NCBI GenBank assembly: GCA_041666185.1
Contig: JBAYHL010000005.1
Coordinates: forward strand, 1 to 58,498
Length of the DNA stretch: 58,498 bases
Source of the DNA: Patescibacteria group bacterium
GTDB taxonomy: Bacteria > Patescibacteriota > UBA1384 > UBA12157 > JAENIV01
Reading direction: 5' to 3'
Within the stretch, counting starts at the first letter, position 1. Each line of letters begins with the position of its first letter. The notes below the pieces were generated by a model. That model did not search any database. It saw nothing but the letters and a program-made list of their open reading frames with translations, and was not told the origin of the DNA. The position numbers were made by a program, and so were the translations under genes. Below, piece by piece: positions 44,356 through 54,278 of the stretch.

Positions 44356-46851
44356 TTGGAAATTGGCAGCGAACTTTTTAATATGCTCATTACTGTGGGT
44401 TTTTTCTTTTTTGTTTTTGTTGTCCTATATATTATTAGGTCTATTTTTCTGTCGAATAAATTACATTACGAGTCCGAAAGAGTAAAAAACCTTCGAATCT
44501 TTCAAGTTAGTATTCCTCAGGAAAAAACCCAAGCTCAAGAAGACCAGCATAGCGATTTTCGTGAAACAATTGCTGTTGGCGAACAGTTCTTTTCATCTCT
44601 TAGCAATCTTTATGAAAAAGGACTTGAAGAAAGAATCTACAATTTGCAAAGTCAAATATCCTTTGAAATTATTGCTCTAAATGGCAAAGTAGGCTTTTTT
44701 TGTGTTTGCCCAAAAGAAATTGAGGGCGTAGTTGAAAGACAAATTAATTCTTATTGGCCAAACGCTCAAATTCAGAAGGCAAAAATACCAAATATTTTCG
44801 AATCTCAAAAAGGATCAATGGCAAGTGTTGAACTTAAATTAACTAAAAAATTTACTTTACCAATTAAAACTTATCGTTATTTAGAATCAGATCCGTTAAA
44901 TGCCTTAACTAATGCTCTTTCAAAACTTCCGCCACAATCCGGAGCGGCTATTCAGCTAATAATTTCGCCAACAACCGATGATTGGCAAAGAGCAACAGCT
45001 GGAGCGGCTAAAAAAGTTCAAGAAGGCAAATCAATGTATTCCGACAAATGGTATACCAAGTTAGCTAACTTCATTTTCGAAGTAATCTCTGGTATTTTCC
45101 ACGGGTCTTCCGCCTCATCAATGGCTACCAACGAACCAGCTGGCATTAAAAAACCTATTCAATTAACGCCTATTCAAGAGCAAACTCTTAAACTTTTACA
45201 AGAAAAATCCTCAAAGACAGGCTTAACTTCGACGGTTAGAATTGTTACAACCGCTTTAACTTCTGGAGAGGCGATGATAAGTTTAAAAAATATCACCACC
45301 TCATTTGGTCAATTTTCTACCCCTGAATCCAATGGTTTTAAAACAAAAACCGGTTCGAATAGTACTATACGTGATTATATTTTGCGACGCATTTCTAAGA
45401 ACAAGTTTGTTCTCAACACGGAAGAATTAGCCTCTATTTTTCATTTTCCAACTGTTTTTACCCAAACACCAAATATTAATTGGCTTTTAGCTAAGGAAAT
45501 GCCGCCGCCAACAAACTTGCCTCAAGAAGGCACAATTTTGGGCGAAAGTGTTTATCGAGGCGAGAAAAAACCGGTTAGATTAAAAATCGATGATCGTCGT
45601 CGACACATTTTCATGATTGGTAAGACTGGCGTAGGCAAAACAACTTTGTATACACAAATGTTTGAGCAAGATATGAAAGAGGGAAGGGGCTGCTGTTTTA
45701 TTGATCCCAACGGTGATGCGATCGAAGACTTATTAGGTAAAGTACCGCCAGAAAGACTAAAAGATGTAATTTTATTTGATCCAGCAGATACAGAATATCC
45801 GGTAGGGTTAAACTTATTAGAATGGCGAACGGTTGATGAAAGAGACTTTTTAATTCAAGAGTCAATTCAAATATTTTATAAATTATTCGATCCGGGCCAA
45901 ACAGGGATTGTCGGTCCGCAATGGGAGCATTGGTTTAGGAACGCGGCTTTAACAATTATGAATCAACCGGGCGGAGGAACATTAATCGACGTACCAAGAA
46001 TTTTTACTGACGACAAATTCAGGACAAGATTAGTTTCTTATGTAACTGATCCAATTGTCAAAGCTTTCTGGACCCAGCAATTAGCTAAAACGGCCGATTT
46101 TCATAAATCAGAGATGTATAACTATTTTATTTCTAAATTTGGTCGTTTTATGACCAACGATCTAATGCGTAATATTATTGGCCAAAAGAAATCTTCTTTT
46201 AATATTCGAGACGCTATGGATCAAGGAAAGATATTATTAATAAATTTAAGTAAAGGCAGGATAGGGGAAGTTAATTCGAGTTTATTGGGAATGATCTTAG
46301 TTTCGAAAATTCAAATGGCAGCTTTTTCGAGAGCAGATATACCCGAAGAAAATCGCCGAGATTTTTATCTTTTTGTTGACGAGTTTCAAAACTTTACAAC
46401 CGATTCTTTCGCGACAATTTTATCAGAGGCTAGAAAATATCGATTAAATTTAGCCGTTGCTAATCAATACATTGCTCAATTAACAGAAAAAATTCGCGAT
46501 GCTGTTATTGGTAACGCAGGAACAATGATTTGTTATCGAATTGGCGCTGCTGACGCAGAATTTATGGTCAAAGAATTTCCTGGTGTCACTGTTGATGATG
46601 TAACTAACTTGGATAAATTTAATACTTATACTAAATTACTTATTGATGGCACACCTTCAAAACCATTTAGTATGAAAGGAATAAAGTCAGAAAATATTTC
46701 TGAAAATGGTGTTAGGGAAAATGCTCGTAATTTATTTAGACAAACTTATTGTCGCAAAAAAGCCGATGTTGAAAGTGAGCTGCTTGAACAAATGAAAGCA
46801 ATGAGTGAGGCGCCTCCTGCTGGTGGTAATGAACCAGTTAAAAATCTTTAA
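44356..46851 (+). CDS. Membrane-anchored FtsK/HerA-superfamily ATPase of VirD4/TraG/TraD (coupling-protein-like) type, paralog 1
   Basis: N-terminal TM; Walker A MIGKTGVGKTTL; DPNGD; Walker B RDFYLFVDEFQNF; SEARKYRLNLAVANQYIAQL. Start TTG 44356 uncertain (alternative ATG 44383). Confidence 0.75.
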   Translation: MEIGSELFNMLITVGFFFFVFVVLYIIRSIFLSNKLHYESERVKNLRIFQVSIPQEKTQAQEDQHSDFRETIAVGEQFFSSLSNLYEKGLEERIYNLQSQISFEIIALNGKVGFFCVCPKEIEGVVERQINSYWPNAQIQKAKIPNIFESQKGSMASVELKLTKKFTLPIKTYRYLESDPLNALTNALSKLPPQSGAAIQLIISPTTDDWQRATAGAAKKVQEGKSMYSDKWYTKLANFIFEVISGIFHGSSASSMATNEPAGIKKPIQLTPIQEQTLKLLQEKSSKTGLTSTVRIVTTALTSGEAMISLKNITTSFGQFSTPESNGFKTKTGSNSTIRDYILRRISKNKFVLNTEELASIFHFPTVFTQTPNINWLLAKEMPPPTNLPQEGTILGESVYRGEKKPVRLKIDDRRRHIFMIGKTGVGKTTLYTQMFEQDMKEGRGCCFIDPNGDAIEDLLGKVPPERLKDVILFDPADTEYPVGLNLLEWRTVDERDFLIQESIQIFYKLFDPGQTGIVGPQWEHWFRNAALTIMNQPGGGTLIDVPRIFTDDKFRTRLVSYVTDPIVKAFWTQQLAKTADFHKSEMYNYFISKFGRFMTNDLMRNIIGQKKSSFNIRDAMDQGKILLINLSKGRIGEVNSSLLGMILVSKIQMAAFSRADIPEENRRDFYLFVDEFQNFTTDSFATILSEARKYRLNLAVANQYIAQLTEKIRDAVIGNAGTMICYRIGAADAEFMVKEFPGVTVDDVTNLDKFNTYTKLLIDGTPSKPFSMKGIKSENISENGVRENARNLFRQTYCRKKADVESELLEQMKAMSEAPPAGGNEPVKNL

Positions 46852-46976
46852 CTTGGTTTAGTAGTAAATTTATGCTAAAATACAACTTGTTTTGGTAATC
46901 AAAAATAACTTCTTAAAACAAAAATTGACCTGCCTGCAACGCCTGAAGCGTAGCAATGGCGGGCAGGAAGGCAAAA

Positions 46977-47507
46977 ATGCAACAAACAGACAAAAAGCTT
47001 AAAGAACTAAAAATGATTTTAGATGAAGCTGAAAGTAAAATTGCCGCTGCAAAAAGAATTCTTTTTGAACAGGTCTATCAGGAACAAGCCAAGGTTTTAA
47101 ATTTAAATGATTCTTTGGAAAAGGCAAATATTGTTGAAGGTGTTTTTGATGGTGAAGAAATGATTGATTCAGAGGGTAAGAAATATCCCGTGCCAGCAAA
47201 TTACGCTTCTAAATCAAAATTAGTTCCAGGTGATAAATTGAAATTGATTATTGCTGACGATGGAACATTTATTTTTAAACAGATTGGACCAGTTGATAGA
47301 AAAAGGTTAGTAGGGATTCTTACGCAGTCTGGCGAAGATTGGACCGTGACAGCAGACTCTAAAAAATACCGCGTTTTACAAGCAACGGTCACTTATTTTA
47401 AAGCTTGTGCTGGCGACGAAGTCACGATTCTTGTACCAAGGACAGGGGAGACTAATTGGGCGGCAATTGAAAATTGTCTTAACCATAAAAAAGAAAAGCT
47501 TAAGTAA
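46977..47507 (+). CDS. Hypothetical protein: N-terminal coiled coil plus beta-rich C-terminal domain
   Basis: ATG 46977 has SD GGAAGG (alternative ATG 46956 lies inside a hairpin, no SD); KKYPVPANYASKSKLVPGDKLKL...; sits between the two ATPase paralogs. Confidence 0.6.
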   Translation: MQQTDKKLKELKMILDEAESKIAAAKRILFEQVYQEQAKVLNLNDSLEKANIVEGVFDGEEMIDSEGKKYPVPANYASKSKLVPGDKLKLIIADDGTFIFKQIGPVDRKRLVGILTQSGEDWTVTADSKKYRVLQATVTYFKACAGDEVTILVPRTGETNWAAIENCLNHKKEKLK

Positions 47508-47512
47508 ACTAA

Positions 47513-50344
47513 ATGAATATTTTAGAACCAATACTTTACAAAGGAATCATGTATACAATTCTTATTGCAATACCGATTATTGTGATTTCTTTGTTATACA
47601 AATCAAAGCAAAATAAAAAGAAAATGGAATGGTTTAAAAATCTTCAGTTCACAACTTTGAGGATTTTAGTTCCTAAAAATAATGAAAAGACGCCGTTAGC
47701 GGCCGAGCAGATGTTTGCTGCTTTACATGGAATTTTTAAAAAGGGGAGTGATTTTCAAGATTATTTTTCATTTGAAATTGCTTCACGAGAAAAATATATT
47801 CAGTTTTATGCTCATGTACCAGTTCATTTGAAAGATTTTGTTGAAGGTCAAATTTATTCTCAATATCCAACGGCGGAAATTGCTGAAGTTGACGATTATG
47901 TTTTAGAAGAAAGAGAACAAATTGAAAGTGGACAGTTGAAGCTAGCCGGTACGGAATTAAGTTTAACAAATTTAGATGTTTATCCAATCAAAACTTTTCT
48001 TAATTTTGAAGTTGACCCAATGTCGTCTATTACTGGTGTATTATCAAAAGTAGAAAAAACTGAAGAAATTTGGATTCAAATTTTAGCTAGACCGGTTTCT
48101 GACAGTTGGCAATCAAAAGGCCTTGGTCATGTGAAAGCCGTAAAATCTGGTGTGACTAACAAAGAAGGTGTTTTTAAGGGAGTCTTTGCCGCTTTTTTCA
48201 GATTCCTTGGCGGTATTTTTACCACCATTTTAACCGGAGTAACACCAGAGTCGTCACGAGGTGAGGCAGAAAAAACTGAAGCCAAATTATCTGGCAGTCA
48301 GGAAGAAGGTTTAAAAGGGGTTGAAACGAAAGCAACTAAGCTTGGTTTTGAATCAAAGATTAGAATCATCGCTTTTTCACCGGATCAAAGCACCGCTTCG
48401 AGTAAATTAATGACAACTATTGCTGCTTTTAAACAATTTAATTTACTTAATTTGAATGGTTTTGAATCAGGCCACGCAATGCACGATATTAATTTCTATG
48501 AGCACTATCGTTATCGAGCATTTTTAGATCCTGGGTTTGTTTTAAATATTGAAGAATTAGCCTCTATTTTTCACTTGCCAAATATTACTGTTGAAACACC
48601 AAATATTGTTTGGGCAGGTTCGAAAAAAGGTGAGCCACCATCTAATTTACCAATTGAAGAAAATGTTCCTGGCAACGAATTAACAGTTTTTGCTAAAACT
48701 AATTATCGTCACTTAAGTCATAATTTTGGCATTAAGCTTAAAGACCGTCGTTATCACATGTACGCTATTGGTAAAACAGGAACTGGTAAGTCAACACTAC
48801 TCGAAAACATGATTATTGATGATATTCGCGAAGGAAGAGGTGTGGCGGTTGTAGATCCTCATGGTGATTTAATAAACCATCTTTTAGATTTCGTCCCAGA
48901 AGAAAGAATTAAAGATGTAATTGTTTTTAATCCAGCCGATAGAATGTATCCGTTAGGGTTTAATATTTTAGAAAAAGTTGATCCTGATTTGAAAAATATT
49001 GTTGCCTCTGGCGTGGTGGGAATTTTCAAAAAAATATTTGGTGAGTCTTGGGGACCAAGATTGGAATATATTTTAAGAAATACAGTTTTAGCTTTACTTG
49101 ATTATCCGGATGCAACTATGCTTGGAATCACTAAAATTTTAGTTGACCAAGATTTTCGAAATCGGGTTGTTGAAAAGATTCAAGATCCGGTCATCAAAGA
49201 TTTCTTTGTTAACGAATATGAAAAATACGATCCTAAATTTAGAACTGAAGCTATCGCGCCAATTCAAAATAAAGTTGGTCAGTTTCTTTCATCAACAACC
49301 ATTCGTAATATTGTTGGTCAATCAGAATCGACGATTAACATTGAAAAAATTATGGATTCGGGGAAAATTCTTTTCTTGAACTTATCAATCGGTGAAATTG
49401 GTGAAGACAACTCTGCTTTACTTGGAGCAATGATGATTACGAAAATTCAGTTAGCGGCTATGAGGCGAACAACTATTCCTGAAGATCAACGTCGAGACTT
49501 TTATTTATATGTTGATGAGTTTCAAAACTTTGCTACCGAATCTTTTGCGACAATTCTTTCTGAGGCTAGAAAATATCATTTGAATTTAATTATGACTAAT
49601 CAGTATATTGCCCAAGTTCCGGAAGAAGTCATTTCAGCTGTTTTTGGAAATATTGGAACTTTGCTTTCTTTTCGTATTGGTGCGCCGGATGCGGCTGTTT
49701 TAAAACAAGAATTTACGCCTGTGTTTGAAGAAGTTGACTTGGTTAATTTAGATAATTACCACATCTATGTAAAAATGTCCATCGATGGGGTAACTTCGCC
49801 GGCATTTTCAGCTGGCACACTACCACCCGACAAAAGAAAGAATTTTAATAAAGAAAAAATTATTCAATATTCGCGGGAACATTATTCAAAACAGCGAGAT
49901 TATGTTGAAGAGAAAATGTCCGAAATGTCTGGCATGCCAAAAATAGACGAAATCTTGACTAAAGCTCAAAAAGATCGAGTCTTAAAACTCCCGCCAAAAA
50001 TAGGGGAGACCTATTATCGAGAAATTCAGAACCCGGGAGATATTCGTTGGTATTTGGGTGGTGGGACAACCGATCAGCCTTTGACCGAAGAAACTGTTAA
50101 GGAAAAAATTGCTAAACACGAAGAAGAAAATGCTCCAGCATGGCAAAAAGAAAGATACGAAGCTTTAGCGGTAGAGCCAAATGAAAATGTTCAAGAAAAA
50201 AAAGCTGAAGATGAGGGTGTAGATATTGAACAAGATAAAGAAGCGATCTTAGGCTCTCTTGGGGCTAATTGGAATGGTGACAATGATCAGCTCAAGCGAG
50301 AAAAGGTTGAAGATCTTGAAGATGGTCAAATAGTTAAACTTTAA
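47513..50344 (+). CDS. Membrane-anchored FtsK/HerA-superfamily ATPase of VirD4/TraG/TraD type, paralog 2, with ~190-aa charged C-terminal tail
   Basis: N-terminal TM; Walker A AIGKTGTGKSTLL; DPHGD; Walker B RDFYLYVDEFQNF; SEARKYHLNLIMTNQYIAQV; alignable by eye to paralog 1 throughout. Confidence 0.75.
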   Translation: MNILEPILYKGIMYTILIAIPIIVISLLYKSKQNKKKMEWFKNLQFTTLRILVPKNNEKTPLAAEQMFAALHGIFKKGSDFQDYFSFEIASREKYIQFYAHVPVHLKDFVEGQIYSQYPTAEIAEVDDYVLEEREQIESGQLKLAGTELSLTNLDVYPIKTFLNFEVDPMSSITGVLSKVEKTEEIWIQILARPVSDSWQSKGLGHVKAVKSGVTNKEGVFKGVFAAFFRFLGGIFTTILTGVTPESSRGEAEKTEAKLSGSQEEGLKGVETKATKLGFESKIRIIAFSPDQSTASSKLMTTIAAFKQFNLLNLNGFESGHAMHDINFYEHYRYRAFLDPGFVLNIEELASIFHLPNITVETPNIVWAGSKKGEPPSNLPIEENVPGNELTVFAKTNYRHLSHNFGIKLKDRRYHMYAIGKTGTGKSTLLENMIIDDIREGRGVAVVDPHGDLINHLLDFVPEERIKDVIVFNPADRMYPLGFNILEKVDPDLKNIVASGVVGIFKKIFGESWGPRLEYILRNTVLALLDYPDATMLGITKILVDQDFRNRVVEKIQDPVIKDFFVNEYEKYDPKFRTEAIAPIQNKVGQFLSSTTIRNIVGQSESTINIEKIMDSGKILFLNLSIGEIGEDNSALLGAMMITKIQLAAMRRTTIPEDQRRDFYLYVDEFQNFATESFATILSEARKYHLNLIMTNQYIAQVPEEVISAVFGNIGTLLSFRIGAPDAAVLKQEFTPVFEEVDLVNLDNYHIYVKMSIDGVTSPAFSAGTLPPDKRKNFNKEKIIQYSREHYSKQRDYVEEKMSEMSGMPKIDEILTKAQKDRVLKLPPKIGETYYREIQNPGDIRWYLGGGTTDQPLTEETVKEKIAKHEEENAPAWQKERYEALAVEPNENVQEKKAEDEGVDIEQDKEAILGSLGANWNGDNDQLKREKVEDLEDGQIVKL

Positions 50345-50807
50345 GGTTTAGATATTATTAAAAAGCACTCTAAAGACGCCAGTCGAATCTGTTTATATGG
50401 TTAAATTAGAAATTTTTTTCTTCTCCAGCGGGGGAGAGGTCAAATTTTAATGAATTTGCATCTTTTCTAATTTAGTTTAAATTTATTTTCATTAGACCTG
50501 CTCTTTAGTGAGGAAAGGGAAGTGCGAATTTAATAAAATTTACATTAAATTTGTACATACTTTTTCCGCATCTTTTAGAAGTATTTTTTACTATATCCAC
50601 ACCTTAAACTGATGTTTAGTCGTAAAAGAAACATTCTGCGACGCAATATAATTTAAAGTCAGAAGAAGCATACCTGTTGCTTTTATTATCTAACCCGTTG
50701 GTTTAATGGTCATAGTACATATTATTAGGTGTAGGCTTGGCTAAGGGCTTGTCTTTATATTTTTTTGCAATGTGTCTCGCCTACTTTTATATGCATATAT
50801 ATCAAAA

Positions 50808-50828
50808 TTAGTAGCAAATTGCTACTAA
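50808..50828 (-). terminator. Terminator hairpin after secF
   Basis: Perfect 10-bp palindrome TTAGTAGCAA-A-TTGCTACTAA, followed on the minus strand by TTTTGA. Confidence 0.6.
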
Positions 50829-50883
50829 TTCGACGCTCGTGCGTTTAGTAATTCTAACCTGTTAAATTAGGCTCTACAGTGCC

Positions 50884-51792
50884 CTAGGACGCATTTTTTC
50901 GTTTTAGGCGATTCATTGTCCAGCTCTGCCAACTTACCAAAAGTGGTGAAGCATTAAAAATAGATGAATAAGTGCCAATTGCTACACCCAATAGTAATGC
51001 GAGCATAAATTCTTGCATTGTTTGACCGCCAAGTAAAAATAAGCTTAATAAGACCATTAGAACCGTAAATGAAGTGTTTAGGGAACGATTAAGAGTTTGA
51101 ATAATACTATTATTAACATTAGTTTCAAAATCTAAAGAAGGGGACTTGCGTAAATTCTCGCGAATCCTATCGAAAACAACAATTGTGTCGTGAACTGAAA
51201 AACCCATAATTGTCAGTAAGGCTGTAATAAAAAGTGAATTAATTTCGTAGTCAAAAAAGTGACCTAAAATCGCAAAACTACCCACCACGAAAAGTATGTC
51301 GTGTGTTAAAGCAATAATTGCGCAAACACCAAAACGCCAGGAGCTGGCAGGTCTGGGAACTTTGCGGAAAGCAATGGCAATGTAAATAATAATTGCCAGG
51401 GAAGCAATGATAACGGCAATAATGGCTTTTTTCTTTAAGTCGTTACTAACAGTTGGCCCAACACTGTCAAATTGATTTTGTTTATATCCCTCCCCTACTT
51501 TTGATAAAGTTGTCGTCATTTTTTGGACAGTTTCATTATCAAGAGGTTCGGTTCTGATTAAAAATGAGTTATCGGCTCCTGGTTGAACATTTGGATTATT
51601 GATGCCGGCTTCTTCTAATTTATTAACAATTTCTTCCTTGTTAACCGAATTTTGATAAGAAATATCAATAAGAGTTCCACCCTTAAAATCTATTCCCAGA
51701 GGCAGACCCCATAAAATTAGACCAACAATTCCTGGAACAATTAAAATAAGGGAAATTAAATACCAAATTTTTCTTCTACCAATAATATTCAT
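50884..51792 (-). CDS. secF: Protein translocase subunit SecF
   Basis: GIDFKGGT, six TM segments, downstream of secD. Confidence 0.9.
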   Translation of the reverse strand: MNIIGRRKIWYLISLILIVPGIVGLILWGLPLGIDFKGGTLIDISYQNSVNKEEIVNKLEEAGINNPNVQPGADNSFLIRTEPLDNETVQKMTTTLSKVGEGYKQNQFDSVGPTVSNDLKKKAIIAVIIASLAIIIYIAIAFRKVPRPASSWRFGVCAIIALTHDILFVVGSFAILGHFFDYEINSLFITALLTIMGFSVHDTIVVFDRIRENLRKSPSLDFETNVNNSIIQTLNRSLNTSFTVLMVLLSLFLLGGQTMQEFMLALLLGVAIGTYSSIFNASPLLVSWQSWTMNRLKRKNAS

Positions 51793-51805
51793 TAAATCCT
51801 CAAAA

Positions 51806-53092
51806 CTATTTTATGATCAATTTTTTTTCTAAACGTGTGCCAACTAATAATCGTAAGAAAGTTCGACTAACAGTAATGGCGGTAAACATGGAAATTAAAA
51901 TACCAATTGCTAAAGTAACGGCGAAACCTCTGACTACACCAGCGGTGCCGTAATATAAAATCAAACAAGTAATTAATGATGAAAAATTAGAATCCCTAAT
52001 TGATGGCCAGGCGCGGCGAAAACCATCATCTAAGCTTGCGCCAATTGTTTTTTTAGCTAATAGTTCTTCTTTTGTTCGTTCGAAAATTAAAATATTAGCG
52101 TCAACGGCCATGCCAATTGATAAAATAAATCCAGCAATACCGGCCAGTGTTAAAGTTATAGGAATTATTTTAAATAAAGCCAAAACAATAAGTGTGTAAA
52201 TAATTAAAGCCAGTGTGGCTATTAGTCCTGGCACTTTGTAATAAATAATCATAAAGCAAGCTATAAGCAAAATCCCCACAAGACCGGCAACTAATGATTT
52301 TTGAACTGATTCTAACCCAAGAGTTGGCCCAATAATTCTTTGTTCAACTAATTTAATTGGCACTGGCAATGCGCCGGCATTAAGTTGAATGGTTAATTTT
52401 TTAGCATCTTCTATAGAAAACTCTCCAGAAATTATTGCTTGACCGTTATCAATCGCGCTTTGGACAGTTGGCGCGGAAATAATTTCGTTGTCTAATTCAA
52501 TTGCCACCGGTTTTTGTAGATTTTTTTGGGTAATTTGTGAGAAAAGTTTTGTTCCCTCAGTATCAAATTGAATGGAAACTTGAGGTTCGCCAGTGCTTTG
52601 ATCGAATTGAACATCAGCACGTCTTAGATGTGAACCATCAAGGCCAGCGTCTACCCAAGCGTCATTTTGAGAAGTGGCCTTTTCGTTACTTTCTAAAAAT
52701 TTTAATTGAGCGGTTTTGCCAATTAAATTTATAGCTTCATTAACGTCAGTTACTCCTGGTAATTCAACGACAACCGACTCTTTTCCACCAACTTTTGCTG
52801 ATTGAATAACTGGTTCAGAGACACCTAAAGCATTAATTCTTCTGTCAATTACATTAACAACCGATTCGGTCGCCTTAGATTGGTCTTTTTCATCAATCTT
52901 TGAAGTGTCGAGTTCGTAAACTAAATGAACGCCACCTTGTAGATCAAGGCCTTCGTGAACTTTAAATTCTTTAAAATATTTGCCAACTGACAAATTAGGA
53001 CCGGTTGGCCAGTCAACTAAACCTGCTAAAACAGTTATGATAATAATAATTCCAAAAACAATCCAAAGATTGCGTCGCAAAATATACTCCAA
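51806..53092 (-). CDS. secD: Protein translocase subunit SecD
   Basis: LDLQGGVHLVYE, periplasmic-type P1 domain, C-terminal six-TM bundle. Confidence 0.9.
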   Translation of the reverse strand: MEYILRRNLWIVFGIIIIITVLAGLVDWPTGPNLSVGKYFKEFKVHEGLDLQGGVHLVYELDTSKIDEKDQSKATESVVNVIDRRINALGVSEPVIQSAKVGGKESVVVELPGVTDVNEAINLIGKTAQLKFLESNEKATSQNDAWVDAGLDGSHLRRADVQFDQSTGEPQVSIQFDTEGTKLFSQITQKNLQKPVAIELDNEIISAPTVQSAIDNGQAIISGEFSIEDAKKLTIQLNAGALPVPIKLVEQRIIGPTLGLESVQKSLVAGLVGILLIACFMIIYYKVPGLIATLALIIYTLIVLALFKIIPITLTLAGIAGFILSIGMAVDANILIFERTKEELLAKKTIGASLDDGFRRAWPSIRDSNFSSLITCLILYYGTAGVVRGFAVTLAIGILISMFTAITVSRTFLRLLVGTRLEKKLIIK

Positions 53093-53098
53093 TCTTAA

Positions 53099-54178
53099 TT
53101 AAAGATATTTATGTTTACCAAGTTCTTCTATCTTTTCAATCAACTTTTTAACATCTTGGGCTCGATTTTTATCGCATACCAGTGTGACATCTGGGGTATC
53201 AACCACTATAATATCTTTTAAGCCAACGGTTGTCAAAAGCTTATCTTGAGCGTAAATTAAACAACCTTTGTCGTCAATACCAATATGGTTACCGCGGCTA
53301 ACAGTATGACCGCCGGTTTTACTGGTTAAAAATTCATAAAGTGTCGTCCAGTTGCCAATATCAGACCAACCCAAATCAGCTGGTAGTACGGCAATTTTTT
53401 CAACTTTTTCGGCAATAGCGGTATCAATTGGTACTTTGGGTAAATTTTTATAAATTTTGGAAATTTCTTTGTCACTCCCCTTTTTCGCAAACAAATGAAT
53501 GATTTCTTCAATTCCTTTGTAAACTTCCGGGGCATAAGTTTTATAAGTATCAAGTAGCTTATCTGCTCGCCAACAAAAATAACTGGCGTTCCAAAGGAAT
53601 TTACCGGATTTAACATATTCTTTTGCTTTTTCTAAGTTTGGTTTTTCAACAAAACGTTTAACTTGATAAAGTTTTGAATCAGTTATTTTTTTACCAACTT
53701 CAATATAACCCAACCCTGTGTCTGGTGAAGTTGGTTTGAGGCCAACCGTTGCTAAATAGTCAGGATTTTTAGAAATAAATTCTAAAACTGTTTTTATGCT
53801 TTTTTTAAATTCTTCCAAATCTTCAATTGCATGATCGGAAGGTAAGGTCACGACTACCGCTTGTGGATTTCTGCGAGAAATAGTTGCTGCCGCATAGGCA
53901 ATTGCCGGGCCTGTATTTCTACTTTCAGCTTCAACAATAAAATTTTCTTTTTTTATTTCCGGTAACTGTTTTTTAGAAGTCTCTAAAATATTTTCAACCA
54001 AAGAAATAAAGATATTTTCTTTAGGCACAATATCTTTTACTCGATCATAAGTTTCTTGAATTAAAGATTTTTCTCCGCAGAGATTTTGAAATTGTTTAGG
54101 TTGATCACACCTGGACATCGGCCAAAGCCGTGTCCCCGATCCCCCGGCCATAATGACAATATAAAAATTTTCATTCAT
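53099..54178 (-). CDS. Mannose-1-phosphate guanylyltransferase
   Basis: IMAGGSGTRLWPMSR..PKQF, GYIEVG; 359 aa without a cupin/isomerase domain. Confidence 0.85.
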   Translation of the reverse strand: MNENFYIVIMAGGSGTRLWPMSRCDQPKQFQNLCGEKSLIQETYDRVKDIVPKENIFISLVENILETSKKQLPEIKKENFIVEAESRNTGPAIAYAAATISRRNPQAVVVTLPSDHAIEDLEEFKKSIKTVLEFISKNPDYLATVGLKPTSPDTGLGYIEVGKKITDSKLYQVKRFVEKPNLEKAKEYVKSGKFLWNASYFCWRADKLLDTYKTYAPEVYKGIEEIIHLFAKKGSDKEISKIYKNLPKVPIDTAIAEKVEKIAVLPADLGWSDIGNWTTLYEFLTSKTGGHTVSRGNHIGIDDKGCLIYAQDKLLTTVGLKDIIVVDTPDVTLVCDKNRAQDVKKLIEKIEELGKHKYL

Positions 54179-54278
54179 AGGACAATTATATGAAAATTAA
54201 CCCTGATTAGTCAAGGAAAGATGTACTATATTAAATTGTTACGTTCAAGAAGGACGTACAAAAGGAGGCAATGGAAAA

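Noticed and set aside
50345-50807. 460-bp ORF-free region inspected for RNase P RNA, tmRNA, SRP or 6S RNA
   Set aside because: Only a partial GAGGAAAGGG resemblance near 50511-50520 and AT-rich palindromes (an 11-bp TAAATTAGAAA/TTTCTAATTTA pair and AATTTAAT/ATTAAATT) were found. There are no conserved cores, tRNA-like ends, or clear promoter/terminator pair. It remains unexplained but unsupported.
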